NCBI RefSeq assembly: GCF_003704095.1
Contig: NW_020845694.1
Coordinates: 310,001-374,000 of the forward strand
Direction: 5' to 3'
DNA length: 64,000 nt
DNA from: Pocillopora damicornis
Lineage: Eukaryota
This document shows positions 52,101 through 64,000 of the stretch, piece after piece. The notes below the pieces were generated by a model. The model had not been told where the DNA came from, did not search any database, and worked only from the letters and a program-made list of their open reading frames with translations. Position 1 is the stretch's first letter. Each line of letters opens with the position of its first letter. A program made the translations under genes and the position numbers.

Positions 52101-53316
52101 CTATATGTTAGGAAGGTGAGAAGAAACAAAAATTATTTATCATTTGTGCTTGTATGCAATTCTAAAGGCTAACTTCGTTCCCAGGTCTTTTATCTTGAAA
52201 ATCAAGAGTGGCCCTAGGAACGAGGTTGCTCAAAGGCGCATTTTGTATTGTCTTTCTCAGGCCCGTCGTAGGTTGACTCGACAACGACTTAGGTCACCTC
52301 TCGAATGGAGCACTGGAACTGGACAAGAATACGAAGAGAGCAAGCTTGTTCCTTTAGAGCCAGGTGCAATCTGTATCATTCTTCGCCATCCTTTGACCTT
52401 TAACCCCTAAGAGTCACTAAAATATAATACCTACTCGCGGTATTCCCGCTGAATCTAATATTAAGGCTTTGAGAATAAAGGAAATGATCACCAACAACAA
52501 GACAAGCACTTGATTGTTAAAGACGTTCTCCCTATCGGTACCATAGGAAATGTACAGAGAACAATGTGGAGAATATGCATTTCAATGTAAGGTGTAAACT
52601 TAAGGCTGTTATTAAAATCATCCTCGCTCTCTTCTGTTATATCCCAACTCTTTGTCGCTTTGCTTTCTACTAAGAGGCAATTTCCCGTGTTTCTTAAGTT
52701 GATTGTTTGATTGAAAACCATATTCTCAGAGCTAAAATCACAGGAGATGTGAGGTAAACAATGGGAAGAATTGACTTCTAGATCATAGGTGGAAGCAGAA
52801 TGAAAGAGATTAAGGGTTCGCAAAGCTAAGAGATTAATTATTTTTTTCATGCTGATATTTTCCAAATTACATTTTGTCTCAGATCTCATCGTTACCTGGC
52901 TTTCCAGAACCTCATCGTTATTTTCAGTAAACACGAACAGCTTACGAGAATTTAGAAATCCAACAAACCCTGTCATGTCCTGGATCTACCGCTCGTCGTC
53001 TCTTCTTAGCCTCAATAACATTCCGCTTAGGGCCATGAACACGGACCAAGAGCGAGTCCTTCTCGAGGATGGGCCTTTGCGACAAGATTGCTCAACCGTA
53101 TCTAAGCAACATATTAGTGTCCATGGGAACAAGCTAACTTTAAAGGAGAAGCGCAAGTTGATACTGCGCAGACTCGTATGGTTGATGTTTGCGGTATTTT
53201 TGTTGCTTACCGCCATAGTTGTGCGAGTTAAATTCCCAGCACCAGAAGAACAAGAACAGGAAGTGTTAAGGGATGCCAGTGTGACAGAGCTATCGATAAA
53301 TTCAACGAGGAACTAA
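46183..53316 (+). CDS. MATE family / SLC47-like multidrug and toxin extrusion transporter, multi-exon, frame intact
   Basis: First coding exon 46183-46616 (ELKQLISLSWLP, GRLGEQELAA, VGITFQRG). Further exons near 47071, 47618, 47769, 48000, 48357 (LAAPGTLMLCVEWW), 49408, 49769, 50641, 50925, 51524, 51763 (FWWGL), 52059, 52261 and 52883-53316. All phases are compatible. The extra C-terminal TM (LILRRLVWLMFAVFLLLTAIVVRV) is typical of animal SLC47. Confidence 0.9.
49162..49250. repeat. 48-bp tandem duplication in a MATE intron
   Basis: GTATGGTTTCATCC.TAAGAAAACAATATCCAGTTTCTAAA occurs twice. Confidence 0.8.
51170..51330. repeat. (TCTG/TCCG)n microsatellite with a 12-bp higher-order unit
   Basis: GTCTGTCTGTCC repeated in a MATE intron. 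Confidence 0.9.
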
Positions 53317-54622
53317 GTCGAAGCGACAAAGCATGGCAATTTTCCGCCAAATACCAGAAGCATGAAGAGAAATTAAATAAATTATCCAGTCAGATACGTG
53401 TTGCACTTTTTTTTAATTAGGCTCATCGATCTTAGTTTTGAAGTCATTAACTTAAGCAGAAACCTGCTCATTCGAATTACTTGTTACTTTTTCAAGCAAA
53501 AATAACCTCCCGTAAGATTGACTAGACCCTAACTTCTTTGTCTGAGTTTCTTGATGATTGTGCAATTCCAGTTGTTCTCAGCCGTCGCTGCAGGCCCACA
53601 GGGACCACTGGTAAATAATTTTTTTTTCCTTTGATTCCGTCTTAAGAGTGCCCTCTCGGTTTTTCCGGGCCCTAAAGTGCTCTTATTTTGTCTTTAAAGT
53701 GTCCCGTGGACTAGTAACGAATTGGCGGATAATGACGTAGAAAAATGTGAAAAATCTTCGTTGACTCCTACAAAATCTCCCACATCCCTTTTAAATTTGT
53801 ATCAGTCAGCGTTGAAATACTCTTGAAGTAATGTCCGATAGCGATGTATACCTACCTTCAGCAAGTTCTACCGAGAGTTTTTATACATCGTACTCAAGTA
53901 GTAGAGAAGAAATGGAAGTTGTGAGTACGGTTCAGCCCTAAGAAGGAGAACCCCGTGCATCAAACGAAGATTTCGACGAAGACTGATAAAGACAGTTTCT
54001 CCCTTACGGTGTACGGTGTTCTCCCTTACGGTGTTCAGTTCAGTTCCCGTCACTGAATATTTAGTTTATTGCGTATGTGTTTTGTTTTCTTTGGCAAAAT
54101 CTATGTTAGGAATGGGTAGCGGTGTTCGTTTCTTTTGCCATAACATTTTATTCCTTCGCACTATGTGAGGCGAAGGTTCCTCGGTCAGCGCTGTAGAGTT
54201 TCGTTGTTGTGAAATTTCCTTGGTAAACCAAAAACTAACTTTTAAAGAAAGAATCATCTGTATCACGAGGCACGATGATTTTTCAACTAGAAGTCATCGG
54301 GAAGTTTCACTGCAAGTTGCTCCTTTTCTCAGAGATTGCAAAGGCAAAAGCTATCGTCGCGGTTGTCGGGTCGGCCAAACCGAACGGGAAACGAGTGAGT
54401 TTATAGTCATCTGATTCAAGTTCATCTCAAATAGGGATTTTAATAGAGAAAAAATTCTTTAGTTTAGGTGCAGCATTGCCATAAGACCCATTCTGCTCAA
54501 AGATGATAACTGACATCAGCATTTTAAATGATTATTTCATTTGCATCGACTTTCACACGTCACTTGGATTCGCTACTATATTTGTGTTTCTTTATTTATC
54601 TCGTTGTAGTGCTGTGATCACA

Positions 54623-57244
54623 ATGAAATTGCTACTGTTGCTACTTTTAGTTTCTTGAGGGCAGGGGGGAGTTGATGACTCGTGGGATGGATTTTCGGAA
54701 TCCTATATTAAGAGAATACACTGCCCTTTCGAGCTTGTGTTTATGCCTGTATCCGCCGGAGGTTTCGCACTGCCGTTCACGCAACGGGATATTAGCCAGG
54801 AAAGCTCAGGAAAGGGCTCGAACTTCATTGCAAATGGTGCATTTCTCTTATTATAATATGATGGAAACTACAATTGGTAGGACTTTCGTACAATGAGAAA
54901 AGTGCAAATACAGTCATGTGGAAAGACGAGGAGTGTGAGTACATCTCAAACCGCGCGTGAAATAACCAACAATAAGAAGCTCACAATTCTTCACTTGCGA
55001 AATGTCAGCCGAAAAAAGTTTTGAACAATCGTGTGCGGTGTGGGAACGGGCCTTAATCAGCATTCTTTTTAGCTGAATCATTTGGTTATCTTCCCCTGAA
55101 TTGACTAGTGGTATGTGTTCGTAACAGGCGTCTTCGAAGCCGGTACGGAGCATAAGGCTGACGACATTGAAGAGTAAAGTCTCCTCGATGTCGACAATCG
55201 AGACGCGTCTATTTTGGCCATACAGCTACACCCTTTGGAAAGTGGTAAATAGGAATACCCGTTATACGAATATTATTCTTGTAGCTAACATCATTTGGCG
55301 CTCCGGCCACGCAATACGTTCGTTTTTTCTTCTAGATTTCTCCTTTCTCCACCATAGTTGACGTAGAAAACTGCGAAGACACGTCGGCACAGCTATGTAA
55401 CATGGTCGTTTTGGCCGCGCGCTTATGGGGACGCTTTTTGGCCGCCAAATCGTACTTTCGATGCACAAAAAAGTGAACATGGAGAACTCGCTAGGCGCCA
55501 AGGACGGTTATTTCTACTTTTAAATACAACTATCAACCAGAACATACAAAAAAAAAATCGTGTCATAGGTACTTTAATTAAAACAAAAATAGACAACGCT
55601 GACCTCATATTATGTGCCTTTTCATATGAGGAAGAGGTGACAGTCGCCTGCAGTTTTTTCCTATTTTTTTTAGAAAGAAAGAAAGCTGGGGGCTATATTA
55701 TGGCATTCTGAGTCATTTTCGGTAGCGCCGAAAATTATCTCCTATTTGATACAAATGAAATAATTAAGTTTGGTAAAATTGAAGAAGAAAAACAAAAAAC
55801 CGAAGAGGTCAATGCAAACCAATAGGGAAGAAACAAGGATGATTTGGAATGGAACAGAGAGCTCCATTTTTCAAGATACAAAAAAAATCGTCTGCTACCG
55901 GAAATTACACATTTATTTGCACTAATATTTATTGCTACATCTTCAGGGCGGGACACAAAAATATCCAAAGGTAACTCTCAAGATCACGTTTACGCTTCAC
56001 CTAATCACAACATACACTCAGAGTAGACGTTAACATCATCATTAACCAATGAGCACTTAAGGCGCTTACGGGCAAACTACTTGAAGCGCGGGAAAACACG
56101 GGTGACCCAGTCGCGACTGGTTTTCATCTTAAATCTGATTGGTTGAAAAGGAGGTAATAGCAGATTACTTTTGCCGCTCAATGCTGAAATTTGTTCTGAT
56201 CAAAGCACGACACAATAACCCCGGCCATGGCTAATAACAAATTGAGACTCGATCTGTGGTCAGGGTAGCACACAGGCAACTCTAAAAAAAAAAAAGCCAA
56301 AACTTAATTGAAAAAGCTCCCCTTCAAATTTTAAAATGTGATGACTTTCATTGCGTGTTTTTGTTTCTCACCCTTGAATTTACAAAATGGTGTCCAATTC
56401 AAACATTTTCCCATTTTAGGATAATTCACAATGTTGCAGATGTTCTCATGGCACCCCAGGAAACCCAGGGACTTCAGGAAATCCAGGAATACCAGGCCAG
56501 CACGGCGCTCCAGGACAGCAGGGAGCTCGAGGGGAGCCTGGTGCGATTGGAGCACCTGGTCTGCCCGGCAGTTCAGCGGCATCAAACTGGAAACAATGCG
56601 CATGGAAGAACGACAATAGCGAATTAGATGACAGCAAAATATCTGTAAGTATGTTTTTTTGGTATGCCATTTGCATTCCGGCTTCGTGCGTTCTTAGAAA
56701 CTCTGAAATGATCATTGAGTGAAGAAGACTAGCGGTTTGATTGTTGAAATGTTGCGATCTTCACGTGATAGCTGGTTTTCAACTGATGGTAACTTTACAT
56801 TGCGAGGGAAACTATTAAACATTACTCATCATCACATGCATAATAAACAATTTTTTTGAGAACATGATGCGACTTACGTGTCTATCTCCTCTCTCTGATT
56901 TTTCAGGAGTGCTCAATTATAAAGAAATAGGAAAAAACACATCTCAAAGTCTATTACTAGGGAAATATGAGGGTCATGAGCGCTCGAACCTGCAATCGCT
57001 GGTTCTTCACTGTTAACGGTGTAGAATGCTCCATGCCAATCGACACAGCGCGCAGTTTACTATGGAGGCGCGTGGAACATTATTCGCGCGGCTACCACTG
57101 GGCTACTGCTCAGGGGTCCCAAAGGGCCATGTAATAGTAGGGCTAAACGTGGGTTCCTGTGCTGGATACAAACAAGCGGACGCCTTCACTGGCTGGAACT
57201 CCGTGAGTAGGATCATCGTGGAAGAAGTGGAGACGCCCTTCTAA
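54623..57244 (+). pseudogene. CTHRC1-like (short collagen helix + CTHRC1 C-terminal domain) pseudogene
   Basis: Exon 56420-56644 encodes a short Gly-X-Y run then NWKQCAWK. The last exon from 56907 encodes ECS...CNRWFFTVNGVEC...GYCSGVPKG...DAFTGWNSVSRIIVEEV, but has in-frame TAG at 56928 and 56958 and a frameshift around 57050-57100. The putative signal-peptide exon starts at 54623 and is disrupted. Confidence 0.85.
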
Positions 57245-58512
57245 GGACCATTAGAATCCTTACGAGTGTCTTAATTCAAAAGCTTTCAGTAGTATTTTAC
57301 ATTATAAGCTTTTCATTTAGCGAGTAAGAAATAAATTGCGGTATGTTAAAGAATAAAAGTAGAGCATTGCGAGTCTGTTAGGTGATCTCGTTCCCAGATC
57401 TCTCACTTACGAAGTATTCAAGAAGAGAACTAGGTATACTTCCCAGTAAAAGCCTAACAGAACCAATTTTGTACCAACGAGCAGAATACTTTCCACTGGT
57501 CGCATTCTCCGTCAGAAAGCGGAACAGAACTGGATAGAGACAAATGCTGTTGTTATGATAGTCTAACTATAATCTCACACCACAGACGCGCTCTTGTTTT
57601 ACCTGTCATTTCCCACCTCACTTAGCCACTCACTCCTTTTTACTTGGATCAAGCAACGCTCTAGCATCATGTAACGACGTACCTACTAACGCAAACACGT
57701 TAATTGCGCAATACTGGGATATGAAAGTCGAACGCCTTGCTCGGGGTACACACTCATTGCCGTCTCTCAGGTTTGAATTACATAGGGACAGCCAACCTCT
57801 TTTCTTTACTGAATAGTTTTTTCCTTTACGAACTTTCTGGCGAAAGCAAAATTCCCACCCCTATCCTACCCCCAACCGACAACCTACAAGCCATCCTGTG
57901 AGTTGTCGTATCCCAGTTGACAAGAAACGGAAATCACCCGACTTTTAAAAAAACATTTTTTTACAATTATATCATCTTATTAAACGTTCAACGACAGTTT
58001 CCTTTACAAATCTTTACCATTCCCTTTGAGGGAAAGTATCATAATATGGACGAGTGAAAACAGTTTATGGAAAACGGGCTGAGTAAAATATGTAAAGCAC
58101 ACAGAAATGAATAGGGTAGTTTTGTTATTTGTGTTTATGTTTTCTAGTTGGATTTTTTTGTTTTCGGTTCATAATTCTAGTACGTCGAAAAAGCCGCGCA
58201 ACTGTCTCCCTTCTATGATGACAGCTTTCAACTATTTCCGGTTCTCCGGTTGGTTTGTATTCAGTCCATGGCACACAAAACCTCTTCATAATAATCCCTA
58301 AACTTGGGAGGCAGGAGGTCAAAGTCTTCGCTCACGTACATCCCAGTTTTCGTCACACATCTACTATCCTCAGCTAAATCAAAACCATAAAAGACACAAA
58401 ATTAGTTGAGAGCCAAAAGTCAGTTTCAGCTTGTACGAAAAAAAGAGATGCTGAAAGCCGAAATGACAAAAGAAACGTTTGAAGGATGTGCAAGGTAAAA
58501 TACAAAACATCA

Positions 58513-58829
58513 GGGCGGGAAACGACAGGAGTTGTCTTTCGCGTAACACATTTTTGGCGGGAAAACAACGGGAGTTATCTTTCGCGTCGCACATGTTGGC
58601 GGGAAAACAACGGGAACTACCTTTCGCGTAACACATTTTGGGCGGGAAAACAACGGGAACTATCTTTCGCGTAACACATTTTGGGCGGGAAAACAACGGG
58701 AACTATCTTTCGCGTAACACATTTTGGGCGGGAAAACAACGGGAACTATCTTTCGTGTAACACATTTTTGGTGGGAAAACAACGGGAACTATCTTTCGCG
58801 TCGCACATTTTGGCGGTAAAACAACGGGG
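58513..58829. repeat. 43-bp minisatellite, ~7.5 copies
   Basis: Unit GGCGGGAAAACAACGGGAACTATCTTTCGCGTAACACATTTTG (e.g. starts at 58641, 58684, 58727). Confidence 0.92.
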
Positions 58830-59016
58830 AGGTTTCAAATAACTAAGAGCTACAAATCCGTTTAATGAATGTTGCACGTTTACAGTCAGGGGTCTCAAGG
58901 ATTTATGACACGTACAATCAATCATGGCTAGAAATTAACAAGAGCAACATCTACGACGGGCGTAGCACATCATATATCAAACTGGGAACACTAAGACAAA
59001 AACGGAAAATGAGACA

Positions 59017-62000
59017 TTACATGTATGTGAGTATGCTACAACTGACAAGGTCCTCAGGTTTAGGCGGCTGATTGTTGCAGTTAAAAATACTATTAGTAAA
59101 GATGGTGCTCTCCTCACTTTTATTTTCCCTCCATAAGCTTTCTGATGCGAAAATCGTCTCAATTTCTCGTTTATGCCGGTTCAGTATCTGTGTCTGAAAT
59201 AAAGAAAGAAAACACTACTGGCAAAGGAGAAAATAACGACCTTGTGGAGTTTATTTTCAACAAAAGCGTCATGAAACTCAACGGAATAGAAAGCACAGTA
59301 GCTTTTATAGGCCTCAACAGAACGCAGCCCTACCTTAAGCCTGCTGAACTTGTTCAAAATCTTGTCCACCTCTAGCTTAATGGATATATTCGGCTCCTTT
59401 TCTACACTAAGCTGTAATGAATTGATCAAAGTTTTTTTAATTCTTGTTCTTGAAAAATACTGTGTATTTCACAGGAGTAGCTAATATTAAATTTTAAACT
59501 CCGAATATTGCATTTCTAGTGTTCTGATTGGTTCACTCCACGCCGGTTACCAGCTCATATTTCGAGTCACCTTATAAGGAAATGCACTGCGCAAACTGTT
59601 GCGGGGCTGGAAAAAGGCTTTAAATACCCAAACGTCCAGAATTTAAAGAAATTTATAAAACAATTATTTCATTCGCGCCTGTTGAATACGAGATAGGTTA
59701 CAACCAACTCGGCGACTGTTTATCATCTAATCATGGAAAAATCTTTATTTATTCAAGAGAAACCGAAGCTGTGTGGATTGAAGCAGTTTTCCCCTACAAA
59801 ACCCACCACTCAACGAGTTTTCGACGGGTGCATTTAAAAATGGCGACGCGGTGCAATTTTTCCTACATAAATTATACTAACCAACGCGTTTACCTGTACA
59901 GGTACAGTGGGCTAGGCTGTCTATAATTCTTCTCTTGCACTCCCATAAATTTTGTATGAAAGAAAGTAAACAGTGCATAAACAGTACCTTTATTCCAGGA
60001 GCTCGCATCTGTGATGAGATCACCGTACAGGCACTGAACGGTATTTGATATCCAGCTGATTTACGAGCAACGCCTCCATACAGCCGGACCAACTCTTGCT
60101 CTAAAGTCATGCGTAGCTTGACCTAATAAACAGAAGAACCAAAACAAGTACACTTAACAAATTCAGTTGTGCCAATCAGTGCAAAGGAACAAAGCAAGCA
60201 AAGATGATAAAGAGTTTAAACATTATCAGTCATCGCACTGGACAGTTTTGTGTCAGTGGCCAAGCAAAAGCAGTTCTTTTGTAACCCTTGCAATGAAAAA
60301 ATGGAAAAGACAAAGTCTAGCGGTCAACTTACCTTTTCCGTGTCATGTTGAGACATAAGCCTTGCCAAACGGTTTCCCTTTGTTGAATCATCCATGATCT
60401 GCATGGACAAAATAAAAAATGGAATGATGCTGATGACAATTATTATAATGATTATGATTACGAGTACCTTCACCGGGCAATATTCCTGCACTGGGACCCT
60501 TACTACTAATGGGGATAATTTGTGCTGAACTACCATTCAAACCAGTCGGATCCAATCCTTCTTGCTTCATGCAGTAGAGGCCAGGATAAGTTCTGTCATG
60601 TATATACAAATAGCATATACCACAAAAGTGAATGGTGCATTTTGCAGATTCTGGTTGGCTAGTTTGGAAGTGAATAACAAGTACTATTCACCTCTGAGCA
60701 ACCAATGAGACAAACTTTCCGACCATTTTTTGGTATATTAAAAGATATCAACCAATTTTTGGGTATCTGTAGGGTATATACTAAAACAATTATTCACTTC
60801 ATTGCTGGTGCAAGTGGTAGATATTTATCTTGCCTCTTTGCAACTTGGTAAACATCCACCATTATTTACCTCCACTTTAGTAAATAATTATTGTTAACTA
60901 CTAAGTCTTATGTGCAGACTGAAAGATGTGTAGCAAAATGTGACCTACCCTATCTGAAAAAGATTTTGATCCATTGCCTTTGCTGTTTATAAGGAAATCA
61001 TCAAAACCTGGGACACTCAAATGTAAGGTGGACATGTTGTATCGGTATTTAGGTAGGTCTGACCTCCAGGAGGAATTTTGAATGTGGCTCGTACATTCCT
61101 CTTTGGTCTGACTGCAGTGGCTATTGGTTACATCCAAGGACCTTGATATCTTCTTCTTTCTGATAGACCGTGTTCCTTTCTCTGCCGTGGCTCCATCCTT
61201 CTTCCTCTCACTTCTTGTCTTCATTTTTGTGAAATTGGCATTTGGTTGCTGATCAACAACGTCCCTCTCAGTTTCTTCAGCACATACTTCTTGATGAGGT
61301 AAAACTTGCTCATCTTCTTTAGGCTCAGGTGTTTTGTAAAGGGAAGAATCCTCAGATGGTTTTTCTTCTTTGTGGTAATTGTTACTGTAAAGCTTTGAGG
61401 CAAGATCTACAGAGGCAAGTTTCTGTGGAGAGTCCACATCAGAAATTCTGTTTAACAACCCCTTACTGTTCAAAGATTTATCTGTTTTTGATTCATGTCC
61501 ACCATTTGTTTTTGACTCTCTTTCATCAAATGGTGCTTCAACATCTAACTTTTGGCTGACTTCTAGGTATGAAGAGATCTCAGTCATTGCCTTATCAAGA
61601 CACTCATTCAATTTCTCTGGTATAACTGTGTCCTCCTCATATTCTGATGTCACAAGCAGACCAAGTTTTTTGGTTGTCAACTGTTTAATATTCATCAGAC
61701 CAGGATCAACAGCAATGGGTGGCTCCATCTCTTGAGGACAAGCCTCTTCATTTACGCCTAAATGAGGATTTAGAGTTTCAAAATCACAACACTGATTAAT
61801 TTTGTCAGCATCTACACCTTGGACAATTTTTCTGACTTGCACCTCTTGTGCAACAACAGCGTGGCAAAGAGGCCTCTGAAAATGCCAACCTGCAAAATCA
61901 CTTTCAACTGGCAAATCTTCATTCCTTCCTGCACCTTCTTTTGATGGCAATCTCCTACAAGCTGTTTCTCTTTCATTGATGGAATGGTAAGTATTTCCAG

Positions 62001-64000
62001 GAAAGTCATAATATGCTGGAAATTGCTGAGTATAGAAATTTTGTTTATCACCACAGTTTCCCCTATTGACTCCAAAGGTGTCTTGTGGAGTTATGTACAG
62101 CTCCATTTCCACATCTTTTGGATTCGGAACTGAAACACTTTGGGACAACAGCACTTTAGAGTCTTGCATTTCCATCTCATCAACTAATACATCCTCTCCA
62201 TTGTTTCTTTGAGTGTAAGGATTATTCGATCCATTGATTTTGATTTCTGGTATACTGAAGTTAGGATCCCTGTGTTGTGCATAGGCAATATTTTCTTGGA
62301 ACTCCACAGAGTATACATCTCTGTTTCTTTCTTCTGGATTCAGCAAGTAGCGAACTTCTTCAGATCTTGCTAAGGTGAATGTATTGTAGTTTTGAGATGT
62401 TTGGAGCATAGGATCTGCCCCATTCTCCAAAAGATACTTAACCACCTGTAAAACAAAGCAAATTAAAATAAAAAATAAGTTCATTCTCATTCATAATTAA
62501 ACTCACTGTCTCCACATTTTTGCCACAACTTGCCAGAGCACAATCAGAAGCCTATTTACATGTACATGAATGCTGCTCTGTCAGGTGGATGATAAACAAC
62601 AAAGCGTTAGCCATTCTCAATCCAAGGTCATTTGTGGAAAATTTCTTGGTTAATGGCTGCTAAAATTACTGAAAATGTTATATCATTTACAGACAGTGAT
62701 GTTCAAAATTTCTTCAAAGCAGAAGAAAACCAAAATACAAGAAGAAAAATTGCAAGTTACTCGACTTTGGGAATGGAAGTTTTCATCACTGAGAAGAAAG
62801 TCAACAACTGGAAGATTTGCCAAATGTCACTTTTGGCTGTGTACCTGAGGAGAGGTTTCTACTGTCGGTACCTAAAAATTCAATAATGGAGAATTCTGTG
62901 AATTGAAAGTCATGCCCATTGTTTGTTCTTGTTGTAATTCAACGTATTTTTTCATCTTGAGCCATATCGCCAAAGCACTTTATAATTTATTTTTTTTTTA
63001 TGGTGGACCCTTCCTTTTTTTCATTCATTAATAAAGTTGACTTTTAAAGTCAGTAAGGGCTTATAGTGTTTATATGATAAACAAAATAATACATGGTTGT
63101 TTGTAGATATGGAATTTCTCTTCAAGTGTTTGCCCCCATAATTCACAAGTAAGATATGGAAGCAAACACTCAAAGAGAAATTCCATATCTACCTGCGTCC
63201 ATGTATTATTATTTATTTCTCAGAGTACAAACCTCCACATGGTCGTTAATTACAGCATCGTGCAATGGTGTAATAGCTGTATAACCTGGACTGTTCACTT
63301 CTGCACCGCTCTGGACTAATTCCTGGACAATACTTAGGTTACCACAGTTACAAGCTTCATGGAGGGGTGTCCACCCTTAAAAAACAATAGTATTAATGCT
63401 TAACTTTGTGCATGTACCAAACCATAATAAGACCACAGTCCCCTCATTCCTGTAGCAGTCTGCCTGGTCAGATATGGAAATCAAATAGCCAATTTCCAAG
63501 TTGCCAAACAAGTTTTTCTCTATGTAGATAGAACAGGTAAGCTGAAACTCACAATCTGTCTTATTCTGTTTATTCTGTTTAATGTCCAAAGTCTTAGTTT
63601 AGTGAATAGAACAAGAAAAGTTGGAAATTTGCACTTTTTTGTGGAATAACAATACTATCTATTTTGGCAAAACTTTTTCCATTTGACAACTGAGCGTGAA
63701 GCTTTTGAACTTAATTCACCAGCTCAGCTGTTAAAATCTCACCAGCATTATCCTTGGCATTTACCAATGCTCCAGCTTTTATCAAGGCAACAACATCCTC
63801 CAAGTCTCCTCTTATTGCTGCAACATGCAATGCTGTTTCTCCACGCGCATTCCTCTTTCGTATCCGTGTCTCAATTTGATTTTCCTTGCTCACATCTTTC
63901 TTGGCATTTGTCCTGTTGTAAAGAATTGACAGCTCATCACTGCTGTTGCTACCAGTTTCAAAATCTTGTTTTGCTTCTCTGGCTGTTACTTCGAGGAGAT
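59017..64000 (-). CDS. Ankyrin-repeat protein, ANKRD11/ANKRD12-like (5'-partial)
   Basis: Exons >64000-63743 (RKRNARGETALHVAAIRGD...VNAKDNAG), 63375-63233 (WTPLHEACN...TPLHDA), 62445-60949, 60398-60333, 60122-59988 (or -59894), 59381/59379-59334, 59193-59017 (stop TAA). The C-terminus QHDTEKVKL..EQELVRL...AR...QIPFSACTVI...KFSRLKTQILNRHKRE resembles the conserved ANKRD11/12 tail. Confidence 0.8.

Noticed and set aside
56446-56715. Minus-strand ORF with Gly-Pro repeats
   Set aside because: Antisense shadow of the plus-strand collagen exon of the CTHRC1-like locus.
56928-56960. Stop-codon readthrough or recoding of the two TAGs
   Set aside because: An additional frameshift and a disrupted first exon favour pseudogenisation, and other genes here use the standard code.
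58513-58829. CRISPR-like array
   Set aside because: Contiguous near-identical units with no unique spacers, no cas genes, eukaryotic context.
60468-60592. Extra ANKRD exon (…GILPGEG)
   Set aside because: Its phases do not fit the flanking phase-0 junctions, and 60949 can splice directly to 60398.

Overview
Eukaryotic (animal) genomic DNA with spliceosomal introns. The gene content and intronic repeat families suggest a stony coral, possibly Pocillopora (inference from sequence style, not a database result). Six loci were reconstructed by hand from splice signals. (1) A giant coiled-coil gene on the minus strand (ATG 30302, at least 52 coding exons and 1659 aa, running off the left edge). (2) An intronless class A GPCR. 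(3) An intact 16-exon BBS4 (509 aa) with a U12-type intron. (4) A divergent MATE/SLC47 transporter head-to-head with BBS4. (5) A CTHRC1-like pseudogene. (6) The 3' part of an ANKRD11/12-like gene. The most striking structure is the rod of the coiled-coil gene. All 44 consecutive exons I could map between 317 and 23702 are phase 0-0. Of these, 38 are exact multiples of 21 nt (whole heptads, mostly 28 aa) and the other 6 are all 21n+12 nt (heptads plus a 4-residue stutter). The rod is therefore built from frame- and register-compatible modules, with candidate internal start and stop exons. Introns carry MITE-like, SINE, Penelope-like and Harbinger-like repeats. There is one 100-N assembly gap.
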